Part shown: in pieces, positions 36,425 to 45,560 of the stretch
Layout of the letters: every line of letters starts with the position of its first letter
Position numbering within the stretch: the first letter of the stretch is position 1
Origin: Flavobacteriaceae bacterium
GTDB lineage: Bacteria > Bacteroidota > Bacteroidia > Flavobacteriales > Flavobacteriaceae
Direction of reading: 5' to 3'
Assembly (NCBI GenBank): GCA_023954685.1
Contig: JAGSHF010000001.1
Span: 4,768 to 68,767, forward strand
Length of the DNA: 64,000 nt
The notes under the pieces: generated by a model
Databases searched by the model: none
What the model saw: only the letters and a program-made list of their open reading frames with translations
What the model was told of the DNA's origin: nothing
Translations under genes and position numbers: made by a program

Positions 36425-37816
36425 ATGCAGAATATCAAAGCTTATGTTAACGAGCACAAAGAACGCTTTTTAAATGAATTAATCGAATTGCTGAAAGTAC
36501 CATCGATCAGTGCCGATTCGGCATACAAAAATGATGTTTTAAAAGCTGCCGAGATCGTAGCAGATGAACTTAAAAAAGCTGGATGCGACCTCGTTGAAAT
36601 ATGCGAAACTAATGGCTATCCTATCGTTTATGGTGAAAAAATTATTGATAAAAAATTACCTACAGTTCTGGTTTATGGGCATTATGATGTACAGCCACCA
36701 GATCCTTTAGATTTATGGGATTCACCACCATTTGAACCGGTAATTAAATCTACTGAAACCCATCCTGAAGGCGCCATTTTTGCCCGTGGTGCATGTGATG
36801 ATAAAGGTCAAATGTACATGCACGTTAAAGCTTTGGAATACATGACAACAAATAACCAATTGCCATGTAATGTAAAATTCATGATTGAAGGTGAAGAAGA
36901 AGTGGGCAGTAATAGCCTTGTAGATTATGTTAAGAAAAATCAAGAAAAACTAAGTAATGATGTGATTCTAATTTCAGATACTGGTATGATTGCACAGGAT
37001 GTTCCTTCAATCACTACAGGGTTACGCGGATTGAGTTATGTAGAAGTTGAAGTTATTGGTCCTAATAGAGATTTACATTCAGGTTTATATGGTGGCGCAG
37101 TAGCTAACCCTATCAATATTTTGTCGAAAATGATTGCCTCACTTCACGATGAAAATAATCATATTACAATACCTGGATTTTATGATAATGTGGAAGTACT
37201 TTCTTCTGAAGAACGAGCAGAAATGGCAAAGGCTCCCTTTTCCTTAGAAGCCTACAAACAAGCCTTAGACATGAATGACGTGTATGGAGAAAAAGGCTAC
37301 ACTACCAATGAACGTAACTCAATAAGACCTACACTTGATGTCAACGGTATATGGGGTGGATATACTGGTGAAGGTGCTAAAACGGTGATTGCGAGTAAAG
37401 CTTACGCAAAAATATCAATGCGTCTGGTACCAGGTCAAGACTGGAAAAAAATAACAGCATTATTTAAAACTCATTTTGAAAACATAGCACCCAATGCTGT
37501 TAAGGTTAACGTGACTCCGCATCATGGTGGCCAGGGCTATGTAACACCAACAGATAGCATTGGATATCAAGCCGCTAGTTTCGCCTATAAAGACACCTTT
37601 GGAAAAACTCCAATCCCACAACGTAGCGGCGGCAGTATTCCTATAGTGGCGCTCTTTGAAGAAGCACTTAACAGTAAAAGTATTTTAATGGGATTTGGCC
37701 TTGATAGCGACGCTATTCATTCGCCAAACGAGCATTTTGGAATATTTAATTATTTAAAAGGAATTGAGACCATTCCTTTATTTTACAAATATTACACTCA
37801 GCTCAATAAGGTTTAA
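36425..37816 (+). CDS. M20 family dipeptidase
   Basis: Motifs LVYGHYDVQP, ARGACDDKGQ and IEGEEEVGS. I place the start at the ATG at 36425 (MQNIKAYVNEHKERF...) rather than the TTG at 36365 used by the track. Confidence 0.85.
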   Translation: MQNIKAYVNEHKERFLNELIELLKVPSISADSAYKNDVLKAAEIVADELKKAGCDLVEICETNGYPIVYGEKIIDKKLPTVLVYGHYDVQPPDPLDLWDSPPFEPVIKSTETHPEGAIFARGACDDKGQMYMHVKALEYMTTNNQLPCNVKFMIEGEEEVGSNSLVDYVKKNQEKLSNDVILISDTGMIAQDVPSITTGLRGLSYVEVEVIGPNRDLHSGLYGGAVANPINILSKMIASLHDENNHITIPGFYDNVEVLSSEERAEMAKAPFSLEAYKQALDMNDVYGEKGYTTNERNSIRPTLDVNGIWGGYTGEGAKTVIASKAYAKISMRLVPGQDWKKITALFKTHFENIAPNAVKVNVTPHHGGQGYVTPTDSIGYQAASFAYKDTFGKTPIPQRSGGSIPIVALFEEALNSKSILMGFGLDSDAIHSPNEHFGIFNYLKGIETIPLFYKYYTQLNKV

Positions 37817-37826
37817 ACTCTGTTTT

Positions 37827-38687
37827 TTGAAAAGCCATTATAAGCAGTTTTTATTGCTCAATATCGCCACCCTATTTATTAGTACATCAGGTGCTCTAGG
37901 TAAGTTTATTGATATGCCAACCCCTGTAATTGTTTGGTGGCGCTCTTCAATAGCTTTAATTTTTCTGTTTGTTTTTTGTAAGTTCAGAAAAATAAGTTTA
38001 AAAATAGATTCTAAAAAAGATGTACGTTCATTTATACTGAGTGCCGTTTTTATGGGAGGCCATTGGATTACCTATTTTTATTCGCTTAAATTATCTAATG
38101 TCGCCATTGGAATGCTATCTTTATATACTTTCCCTGTGATTACAGCACTTTTAGAACCTATTTTTATAAAAGTTAAATTAGACCCTATTCATATCGTTTT
38201 GGGACTAATGGTGTTGTTAGGCATTTATTTTCTAGCTCCAGATTTTAATATAGAAGGCGCTCACGTCCAAGGCATTATACTTGGATTGTTATCTGCATTG
38301 TGTTACGCACTTAGAATTTTAATTTTAAAACCATTGACATCACACTATAATGGTACTATGTTAATGCTATATCAATTACTGATTCTTACTTTCTTACTAG
38401 CACCATGCCTAATTTTAATGGATACTTCAGGCATTAAAACGCAATATCCTTATGTACTAATTTTGGCTTTGTTGACAACGGCCATAGGACATTCTATTTT
38501 TGTGCATACACTAAAATATTTCAAGGTAAGTACAGCCACAATAATGACAAGTGCTTTACCAATTTATGGCATTCTTATTGCTTTTTTGTTTTTAGGAGAA
38601 GTCCCAAATTCTAATGTCTACATTGGCGGTTTACTAATTATATCTACTGTTTTTATTGAAGGTATTAGATCTGCACGAAAATCATAA
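37827..38687 (+). CDS. DMT/EamA family transporter
   Basis: About 10 TM helices in two EamA-like halves. The track start (37764) overlaps the M20 gene by 53 nt, so an in-frame TTG at 37827 is more plausible. The start remains uncertain. Confidence 0.7.
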   Translation: MKSHYKQFLLLNIATLFISTSGALGKFIDMPTPVIVWWRSSIALIFLFVFCKFRKISLKIDSKKDVRSFILSAVFMGGHWITYFYSLKLSNVAIGMLSLYTFPVITALLEPIFIKVKLDPIHIVLGLMVLLGIYFLAPDFNIEGAHVQGIILGLLSALCYALRILILKPLTSHYNGTMLMLYQLLILTFLLAPCLILMDTSGIKTQYPYVLILALLTTAIGHSIFVHTLKYFKVSTATIMTSALPIYGILIAFLFLGEVPNSNVYIGGLLIISTVFIEGIRSARKS

Positions 38688-38714
38688 TTGCTAAAATTAT
38701 CAAAAAAATAACCT

Positions 38715-38756
38715 CTACGTTTGTAGAATATAAAAATTTGTTCTATGTTTGTAGAA
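38715..38756 (+). promoter_or_regulatory. two copies of CTA[C/T]GTTTGTAGAA 28 bp apart upstream of blaI, either Bacteroidota -7 boxes or BlaI/CopY-type operators
   Basis: The copies are at 38715-38728 and 38743-38756. Each contains a perfect TAnnTTTG (-7 consensus). The first is also a dyad, CTAC-GTTT-GTAG, close to the TACAnnTGTA box of BlaI/CopY repressors. Confidence 0.4.
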
Positions 38757-38777
38757 GATAATAAAACTTTATAGAAA

Positions 38778-39143
38778 ATGCAATTATCAAAATCTGAAGA
38801 ACAACTCATGCAATACGTATGGAAATTGGAAAAAGCTTTCATGAAAGATTTACTTGAAGCTTATCCTGAACCAAAACCTGCAACTACTACGGTTGCCACG
38901 CTTTTAAAACGCATGACTGATAAAGGTGTAATCGCTTATAACTTGTTTGGAAAATCACGTCAATATTATCCTTTAATTAAAAAGAAAGACTATTTTTCTA
39001 AGCATGTCAACGGATTAATAAAACACTTCTTTAATGATAGTGCTTCACAGTTTGCTTCGTTTTTCACTAAAGAAACTCATCTTTCTAAAGCAGAACTCGA
39101 GGATTTAAAAGCACTAATTGATAACGAAATTAAAAAGAAGTAA
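38778..39143 (+). CDS. blaI: BlaI/MecI/CopY family transcriptional repressor
   Basis: 121 aa winged-helix protein (LSKSEEQLMQYVW...TTVATLLKRMTDKGV). Its stop overlaps the start of the M56 sensor gene. Confidence 0.85.
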   Translation: MQLSKSEEQLMQYVWKLEKAFMKDLLEAYPEPKPATTTVATLLKRMTDKGVIAYNLFGKSRQYYPLIKKKDYFSKHVNGLIKHFFNDSASQFASFFTKETHLSKAELEDLKALIDNEIKKK

Positions 39144-41350
39144 TGATGTTCATCTATATTCTAAAATTCACTGCATGCTTAGGGATATTTTTAGCCTTCT
39201 ACAAACTTTTTTTGGAGCGAGAAAACATGCACCAATTTAAAAGAATCTATCTGTTAAGTATTGTATTGATTTCTTTAATTATTCCTTCTATCACATTCAC
39301 GACGTATATAGAGTCAAAACCAATACTTGAAACTTTAAATGCTACGGCAATAGTTTCAAATGAAATGGTTTCATTACCCAATAAAGTATCAATCAATTAT
39401 TTACCTATTATACTTTGGAGTATTTACGGCTTAGGGCTACTCATTTTTGGTTTAAAATTTAGTATAAACCTCCGTCAGTTGTTATTAAAAATCAAAAACA
39501 ATCCAAAGCAAAAATCTGCACAATTCATCAATGTCCTATTAAAAGATTTAGTAACACCGCATACCTTTTTTAGTTATATCTTTTTAAATAAATACAAATA
39601 CGAAACACAGCAAATTCCAGAAGAAGTTATTTTACATGAACAAACTCACGCTGCTCAAATGCACAGTATTGACATTTTATTAATAGAGTTATTTCAGCTG
39701 GTGTTTTGGTTCAACCCACTATTATATTTTATAAGAAAATCCATAAAATTAAATCATGAATTTTTAGCCGATGAAGCTGTTTTGAAAAACGGCGTACCAG
39801 CTAATAACTATCAACATATTTTACTGTCTTTCTCATCAAATCAACAAGGCAGTCCTCTGGCAAATGCCATCAATTATTCATCTATCAAAAAACGAATTAC
39901 AGTTATGAAAACACACACATCAAAACACAATACGTGGATTAGAAGCCTAGTACTTCTACCTTTATTAGCTATTCTTATTTATAGTTTTAGCTCGACTGAA
40001 CAATTAGAAAAGAGCCTTTTATCAGAATCCATAGACTCTAATTTTAAAGCCAGAAGCATTGAAATAGCTGTGCTCGACAATGGAACTTATGAAGTGGATG
40101 GTATTAAAGCAACAAAAACAACATTTGGTTCCGTTATTAATCAATTACATCAAGATATCAGTCCTGAGATTCGTAATCGAATAATGAACGTTCATGTTAA
40201 TGGTAACAAAGAAGTTTCAGACCAAGATGTATGGTTTATTTATAATTCATTTATTGCCTATGGTTTTCATCGTATTGTTACTTACAATCAAGAAATAATT
40301 CGAGAAAAAGGAATTAAACCATTTGCAATTACAAATTCAACAACTGAAGCATCTCAAGATGGAGCCTCCAGAGAGTTAATGCGTGAATACACAAGATTGG
40401 CCAAGCATTACAACTCACAAACAGGAAACAACTACCGTGTAAAACTTGAAGATGTAGAGCGCTTAAAATACATTTATGGCTTAATGAATAAAAAACAACG
40501 TAAGTCGGCAGAACCTTTTCCAAATTTCCCTGAGCCTCCACCAGCACCGGATGCGGCCGGAGCAGTGCTTCCACCGCCACCGCCACCGCCAATTCCTGAT
40601 AATGCTACTAAAGCGCAAAAAGAAAAATACAATAAGGTTACAGAAGAGTACAAAAGAAAGTACACGGTGAAAAATGGAATGGTTTCTGAAAATACGCCGC
40701 CACCGCCAATTCCGCCAAATGCTACACCAGCACAAAAAGCAAAATATGAAGAAGCTACAAAACAATATAAATTAAAAACAGAACGTATTGCTTTAAAAAA
40801 AGAACATGTTGAAAAACGGAGTGCTGAAAAAAATGAACTTGCCCGCGTAAGAGAGGTTCAATCTAAAGAGGAACTCGCATTAAGATCAGAAAAAGTAGCC
40901 TATCTTGAGGCAGAACAAGCTTTAAAAACAGAAAAACTAAGAAAAGCTAAAGAACCATTAGCTCCAAAACCGCCTAAATCACCAATAGACCATGTGATTG
41001 ATATGGCAAAAAAAGATGCCACTTTTTATTATGATGGCAAAAAGGTATCTTCAGATAAGGCCATTGCTCTTTTAAAAAAAGATTCCGAATTAAGTATCTC
41101 AACTCAAAATAATGGCAGTAGCAGCCCCGTGGTAAATATCACAACTAATCCTGTAATTACAGATGATGATGGCAAAGTTATTACCAAAATAGAAACCATT
41201 GAACAAATAAAAACCAATCCCAAAAATGACAGAAATGGATACGTAACAATAAACGGGAAGACTTATTTCTATAGCATTAAAAATAGTAATGTTACTTATT
41301 ATAACCGCTGGGGTAAAAAAGTTAATGAAAAAGGAGAAGTTATAAATTAA
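39143..41350 (+). CDS. BlaR1/M56 family membrane metalloprotease-sensor with a proline-rich/coiled-coil C-terminal extension
   Basis: 735 aa. N-terminal TM helices, HExxH (LHEQTHAAQMHS) and a downstream NHEFLADE. It then has PPPPPPPIP and PPPPIPP tracts, a Lys/Glu-rich helix and a C-terminal globular domain. Confidence 0.8.
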   Translation: MMFIYILKFTACLGIFLAFYKLFLERENMHQFKRIYLLSIVLISLIIPSITFTTYIESKPILETLNATAIVSNEMVSLPNKVSINYLPIILWSIYGLGLLIFGLKFSINLRQLLLKIKNNPKQKSAQFINVLLKDLVTPHTFFSYIFLNKYKYETQQIPEEVILHEQTHAAQMHSIDILLIELFQLVFWFNPLLYFIRKSIKLNHEFLADEAVLKNGVPANNYQHILLSFSSNQQGSPLANAINYSSIKKRITVMKTHTSKHNTWIRSLVLLPLLAILIYSFSSTEQLEKSLLSESIDSNFKARSIEIAVLDNGTYEVDGIKATKTTFGSVINQLHQDISPEIRNRIMNVHVNGNKEVSDQDVWFIYNSFIAYGFHRIVTYNQEIIREKGIKPFAITNSTTEASQDGASRELMREYTRLAKHYNSQTGNNYRVKLEDVERLKYIYGLMNKKQRKSAEPFPNFPEPPPAPDAAGAVLPPPPPPPIPDNATKAQKEKYNKVTEEYKRKYTVKNGMVSENTPPPPIPPNATPAQKAKYEEATKQYKLKTERIALKKEHVEKRSAEKNELARVREVQSKEELALRSEKVAYLEAEQALKTEKLRKAKEPLAPKPPKSPIDHVIDMAKKDATFYYDGKKVSSDKAIALLKKDSELSISTQNNGSSSPVVNITTNPVITDDDGKVITKIETIEQIKTNPKNDRNGYVTINGKTYFYSIKNSNVTYYNRWGKKVNEKGEVIN

Positions 41351-41372
41351 AAAATCGATCTATATATGCATT

Positions 41373-41399
41373 AAAGCTTCGATTTTCGAAGCTTTTTTT
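41373..41399 (+). terminator. rho-independent terminator after the M56 sensor gene
   Basis: 9-bp stem AAAGCTTCG / CGAAGCTTT with a 5-nt loop, followed by a T-run. Confidence 0.65.
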
Positions 41400-41465
41400 A
41401 AATACAAATATTTACGCTTCAAATAAGGGCTGTTTATCACCAATTAAGTATATAGAAATTTTGTA

Positions 41466-42074
41466 CTAATTGTCTTCGCCAGTGAATTTTTGCATCGTAA
41501 ACTCATCACTACTATTTACGCCATCTTTCAGGATAACCTTTTTTAAGGTCATAAACAATATTTTTAAATCTAACAGGAAACTCAAATTATTTACATAGTA
41601 CACATCATAAGTGAATTTTTGTTTCCAAGTAATTGCATTTCTGCCGTTAACTTGAGCCCAACCAGTAATACCTGGTCTAATATTGTGTCTCGTTGCTTGT
41701 TCTTCGCTATATAATGGTAAATACATGATCAATAGCGGCCGAGGTCCAATAACAGACATATCCCCTTTAAGCACATTTATAAGCTGTGGAATTTCATCTA
41801 AAGATGTTTTTCTAATAAACCTACCAATGCTCGTAATACGTTGAACATCTGGCAATAAATTACCGTTCTCATCTTTTTTATCATTCATTGTTTTAAACTT
41901 AATAATATTAAATATTATTTCATCCTTGCCTGGTCTGGATTGAAAAAAAAACGGTTTTCCATCATTTGAAAAATAGAGAATAATATATACGACAATAAAA
42001 ACTGGAGATAATATAACAAGTCCAATTATTGCCATTAAGAAATCTAAAAGTCTTTTTATCAAAAGTTTATACAT
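41466..42074 (-). CDS. small monotopic phosphoglycosyl (sugar) transferase, bacterial sugar transferase family (PglC/WbaP C-terminal type)
   Basis: 202 aa. One N-terminal hydrophobic helix, with DEIPQLINVLKGDMSVIGPRP and GITGWAQVNGRN blocks. Confidence 0.85.
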   Translation of the reverse strand: MYKLLIKRLLDFLMAIIGLVILSPVFIVVYIILYFSNDGKPFFFQSRPGKDEIIFNIIKFKTMNDKKDENGNLLPDVQRITSIGRFIRKTSLDEIPQLINVLKGDMSVIGPRPLLIMYLPLYSEEQATRHNIRPGITGWAQVNGRNAITWKQKFTYDVYYVNNLSFLLDLKILFMTLKKVILKDGVNSSDEFTMQKFTGEDN

Positions 42075-42292
42075 ATAATTATCTTGTTATTTTTCAGCAA
42101 CATTTTATAACCACAAGTTTCCAAAAATAATCTTTTGGTTAATTTTATGAAAGGTTAATCTCTTTTAAAATTTATTTTCATTTATTATAAAACCTTAAAA
42201 CTAAATTTTTAATGTATTTATTTAGTTGCGTTTTTTTGTAACATTTATTCAATACTTACGTTCTAATAGGTAATCAATCAAATCCAAACATT

Positions 42293-43396
42293 ATGTTACA
42301 GCAATTTTTCATAATATGCTCAGGTGCAGATACTGACATATTAAAAGACTGTTCTAAAGGTGAACAGAACAAATATGCAGGTATTGGGGCAACAGTATTT
42401 TTTACTGCATTAATGGCCTTTATTGCTGCCAGCTATGCGCTTTATACCGTTTTTGATAATCCATTCGCAGCTGCTGGTTTTGGGTTTGTTTGGGGTTTAC
42501 TCATTTTTAATTTAGATCGCTATATTGTTTCTACAATTAAAAAAACAGGAAATGTTATTGATGAATTGATTCAAGCATCTCCTAGAATATTGCTGGCCAT
42601 TATTATAGCCGTTGTCATATCTAAACCCCTCGAGCTAAAAATATTTGAAAAAGAAATAAATCAAGTTTTACTTGAACAAAAAAATGATTTCACATTAGCT
42701 AATAAAGATCAAATAGCACTTCAATTTACGCCTACAGTTGATGCATTAAAAACAGATATAAAGACGCTTCAAGATGAAGTAACTGCAAAAGAAATTGAAG
42801 TCAATAGTTATTACAATACATACATAGCTGAAGCTGAAGGGCGCGAAGGTACATTACTCCTAGGAAAAGGCCCTGTTTACGAAGAGAAACGTGAAAAACA
42901 TGACACTAGCTTAGCCGAATTGCAAGCATTGAGAACAACCAATAATGAAAAAATTAAAATTGCTGAAGAGCAAATCACATCATTGAATGCTGAGTATGAA
43001 TCTCAAGTAACATCATCACAGCCCATTATAGACAATTTTGACGGCTTGATGGCAAGAGTAAATGCCTTAGGCAAACTCCCGTGGCTACCTTCACTTTTTA
43101 TCTTCCTATTGTTCCTTGCTATTGAAACTTCACCAATTTTTGCCAAGCTTCTATCGCCTAAAGGAGAATATGACATCAAGCTTACTGAAGATGAATCCAA
43201 ATTAAAATCATGGGCAACTCAACAAGATTATCAAAGACAGTCCATAGTGAGCACAGACAATGTATTAAATGATAAAGTTTATGGAGATCTTGCCGAAGAA
43301 GAAGACTTATACGCGTATAAACGAAAAATTGCTCGTGATCTCATGAAAAAGCAGCAAGATGCTTTTTATAATAGGCAAAGCAAATTTTTAGAATAG
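42293..43396 (+). CDS. DUF4407 domain-containing membrane protein
   Basis: 367 aa. Two N-terminal TM helices (NKYAGIGATVFFTALMAF..., GFVWGLLIFNLDRYIVS), a long coiled-coil segment and a C-terminal TM helix. The family call is from memory. Confidence 0.6.
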   Translation: MLQQFFIICSGADTDILKDCSKGEQNKYAGIGATVFFTALMAFIAASYALYTVFDNPFAAAGFGFVWGLLIFNLDRYIVSTIKKTGNVIDELIQASPRILLAIIIAVVISKPLELKIFEKEINQVLLEQKNDFTLANKDQIALQFTPTVDALKTDIKTLQDEVTAKEIEVNSYYNTYIAEAEGREGTLLLGKGPVYEEKREKHDTSLAELQALRTTNNEKIKIAEEQITSLNAEYESQVTSSQPIIDNFDGLMARVNALGKLPWLPSLFIFLLFLAIETSPIFAKLLSPKGEYDIKLTEDESKLKSWATQQDYQRQSIVSTDNVLNDKVYGDLAEEEDLYAYKRKIARDLMKKQQDAFYNRQSKFLE

Positions 43397-43435
43397 TTAT
43401 TTTTATTCATTCTAAATAAGAATTATTTTATACAT

Positions 43436-44002
43436 TTGCCAAAAAAATTCATGAAGTTCACAAATAGAGCAATTCATCGCGACTTTGCATATTTTTATTT
43501 TGGCCTAATTATCGCATTTTCATTTTCTGGAATTATCTTAAATCACAGACAAGATTGGTATCCTATGGATTATGCATATGAATCAAAAAAAATTTCAACA
43601 TCAATCCCTGAAGATCTCAATCAGCTTAACGATAAATCATTTATTGAAGGTATGGCCTCTGACTTGACATTAGAAAGTAAATATGATAGTCATCGATTAA
43701 GAGATGATGAGTTACGAATTTACTTCAAAGATAATGTCATTGCCGATATTGATATCACAACTGGTCTCGGGATTATTGAATTTAAACGTAAAGTTCCATT
43801 TCTTGGGCATACCATGTATTTGCACAAAACCACCAATCCTTTTTGGATTTGGTATTCAGATATTTTTGGCGCAGCCATGATTCTAATTGCAATGACTGGA
43901 ATTTTTATTCCTATGGGTAAAAATGGATTTAAACAAAGAGGGTGGAAACTTGCGGTATTAGGAGTGATTTTCCCATTACTGTTTCTATTCTTCTTAAGTT
44001 AA
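43436..44002 (+). CDS. PepSY-associated TM helix-like membrane protein
   Basis: 188 aa with a TTG start in the track (an ATG alternative is at 43451). TM helices at both ends flank a soluble middle. This is a weak family call. Confidence 0.45.
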   Translation: MPKKFMKFTNRAIHRDFAYFYFGLIIAFSFSGIILNHRQDWYPMDYAYESKKISTSIPEDLNQLNDKSFIEGMASDLTLESKYDSHRLRDDELRIYFKDNVIADIDITTGLGIIEFKRKVPFLGHTMYLHKTTNPFWIWYSDIFGAAMILIAMTGIFIPMGKNGFKQRGWKLAVLGVIFPLLFLFFLS

Positions 44003-44012
44003 GCGTTTTAAA

Positions 44013-44291
44013 TTAAGCAGCATCACTAGATTTAAAATGATCGTAAAGATCAACACACCCTAAACCAATAATAGACAAGCTCTTGTGTTTGTTTAGTGAT
44101 TCATTATGCAATTTAGCTATAGCATTCACGCCATAACGATCAATGCCTTCTAAATCTTCAATACTTATGGTAAGTTTATCTATACGATCAAATATGTTTC
44201 TAAACTGTTTTTGAAAAACGTGAATATCTTCTCTATTAAGACATCCTCTTAACTTAAAAAAGTTGTTGTGCTCTGTAATTTTTAAACTCAT
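44013..44291 (-). CDS. STAS-domain (anti-sigma-factor-antagonist-like) protein
   Basis: 92 aa. The pattern FKLRG.L...D...F...F......LTISIEDLEGIDRYGVNAIAKL is consistent with a STAS fold. No partner kinase or phosphatase is nearby. Confidence 0.45.
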   Translation of the reverse strand: MSLKITEHNNFFKLRGCLNREDIHVFQKQFRNIFDRIDKLTISIEDLEGIDRYGVNAIAKLHNESLNKHKSLSIIGLGCVDLYDHFKSSDAA

Positions 44292-44600
44292 AACATTTGT
44301 ATTTAGGTTAATATTTGGCGGTATTAATTGATGATTATTAATTCAATATATAATAACCACTCCAGTCAGATCCTAATTTTCGACAAACAGACACAGTAAA
44401 TAGATGAAAATCAGCAATCTGCAAATTTCAAGGTTGAATAACAAGATCATAATGGCTTTAACTTAATATTCTTAAACCACCTCTAAAGGCCTAAAGTTTG
44501 AAAATGATTCACATGTACAATATTATCCATATTTAATAGAATTTTAATAATTGCTGGATAAACCTGCAGTTCTTTTTGAGGAATTCTCTATTTTTAAAAC

Positions 44601-45560
44601 ATGGATGAGCTTTCACTTATTGATGCAAAATTTATTGAGCAGAACACAGATTTCGTGGACTTGATAAAACAACTAAAAAAAGCTTTTAAAGAAAATAAAA
44701 CTACAGTGCCCTTGCGGCATCATCATGATTTTCCTAATCCAAAAATGGAATCAGACTCAACGCTTTTACTGATGCCAGCATGGAACCCTAGTCAGGATGC
44801 AGGGGTCAAAATTGTTACGGTCAGTCCGGAAAACGGGAAACTTGATTTACCATCCATTCAAGGTGTTTATGTTTATCTCAATTCAAAAAACGGTACCTTA
44901 AAATCGATATTAGATGCTAAAAGTTTAACTGTAAAACGCACGGCAGCTGCTTCAGCATTGGCTTCTTCGTATTTATCCAGAGAAAACTCAAGTTCTTTAT
45001 TAATGATTGGCACCGGTGCGCTTTCTATCAATCTAATTAAAGCCCACACTTCCGTTAGACCCATCGCAAAAGTTTATGTTTGGGGAAGACGTTATGAAAA
45101 AGCAGCCGCCATTTGCATGGCGTTAAAAAACGAAAGCTTTGATTGCTTTCCAATAAAGACAATTGAAGAAAAAATTACTGATGTAGATATTATTTCTTCT
45201 GCAACTTTATCAAAAACTCCACTGATATTTGGTAAACTCATAAAAGAAGGACAACATCTAGATCTTGTTGGCGCATACAAGAAAGATATGCGAGAAGCGG
45301 ATGATGACGCCTTAAAAAAAGCTTCCGTTTTTGTAGACACATTTCAAGGCGGACTCAAAGAAAGTGGTGATATCTTAATTCCACTTCAAAATGGTACCAT
45401 AAATAAGAATGACATTAAAGCCGATTTATTTCAGCTCTGCTCAAATCAAAAACAAGGCAGGTGTTCTAAAAATGAAATCACCTTTTTCAAATCTGTAGGG
45501 CACGCACTAGAGGATTTAGTAGCGGCCAAATATTATTATCAACAATACATCAATGACTAA
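44601..45560 (+). CDS. ornithine cyclodeaminase/mu-crystallin family protein, a candidate Delta1-pyrroline-2-carboxylate reductase (LhpI-like)
   Basis: 319 aa. OCD-family layout with the Rossmann segment LLMIGTGALS. It overlaps the next gene by 8 nt (ATGACTAA). Confidence 0.75.
   Translation: MDELSLIDAKFIEQNTDFVDLIKQLKKAFKENKTTVPLRHHHDFPNPKMESDSTLLLMPAWNPSQDAGVKIVTVSPENGKLDLPSIQGVYVYLNSKNGTLKSILDAKSLTVKRTAAASALASSYLSRENSSSLLMIGTGALSINLIKAHTSVRPIAKVYVWGRRYEKAAAICMALKNESFDCFPIKTIEEKITDVDIISSATLSKTPLIFGKLIKEGQHLDLVGAYKKDMREADDDALKKASVFVDTFQGGLKESGDILIPLQNGTINKNDIKADLFQLCSNQKQGRCSKNEITFFKSVGHALEDLVAAKYYYQQYIND

Noticed and set aside
40540-40600. GC-rich island as horizontally acquired DNA
   Set aside because: The GC spike is explained entirely by in-frame Pro/Ala codons (CCN/GCN) of a proline-rich linker inside an otherwise AT-rich gene.
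40329-40765. Three overlapping minus-strand ORFs (87, 63 and 94 aa) rich in Gly/Trp/Arg
   Set aside because: They are the antisense reading of the CCN/poly-Pro coding stretch of the M56 sensor gene, which suppresses stop codons on the opposite strand. They have no independent start context or recognisable motif.
44292-44600. 309-bp gap upstream of the putative collagen-glycan operon, examined as a possible riboswitch, sRNA or leader peptide
   Set aside because: I found only 20-22-codon ORFs without a convincing start context. I saw no extended stem-loops or conserved riboswitch cores, and no perfect TAnnTTTG box. It probably holds a promoter I cannot pinpoint.
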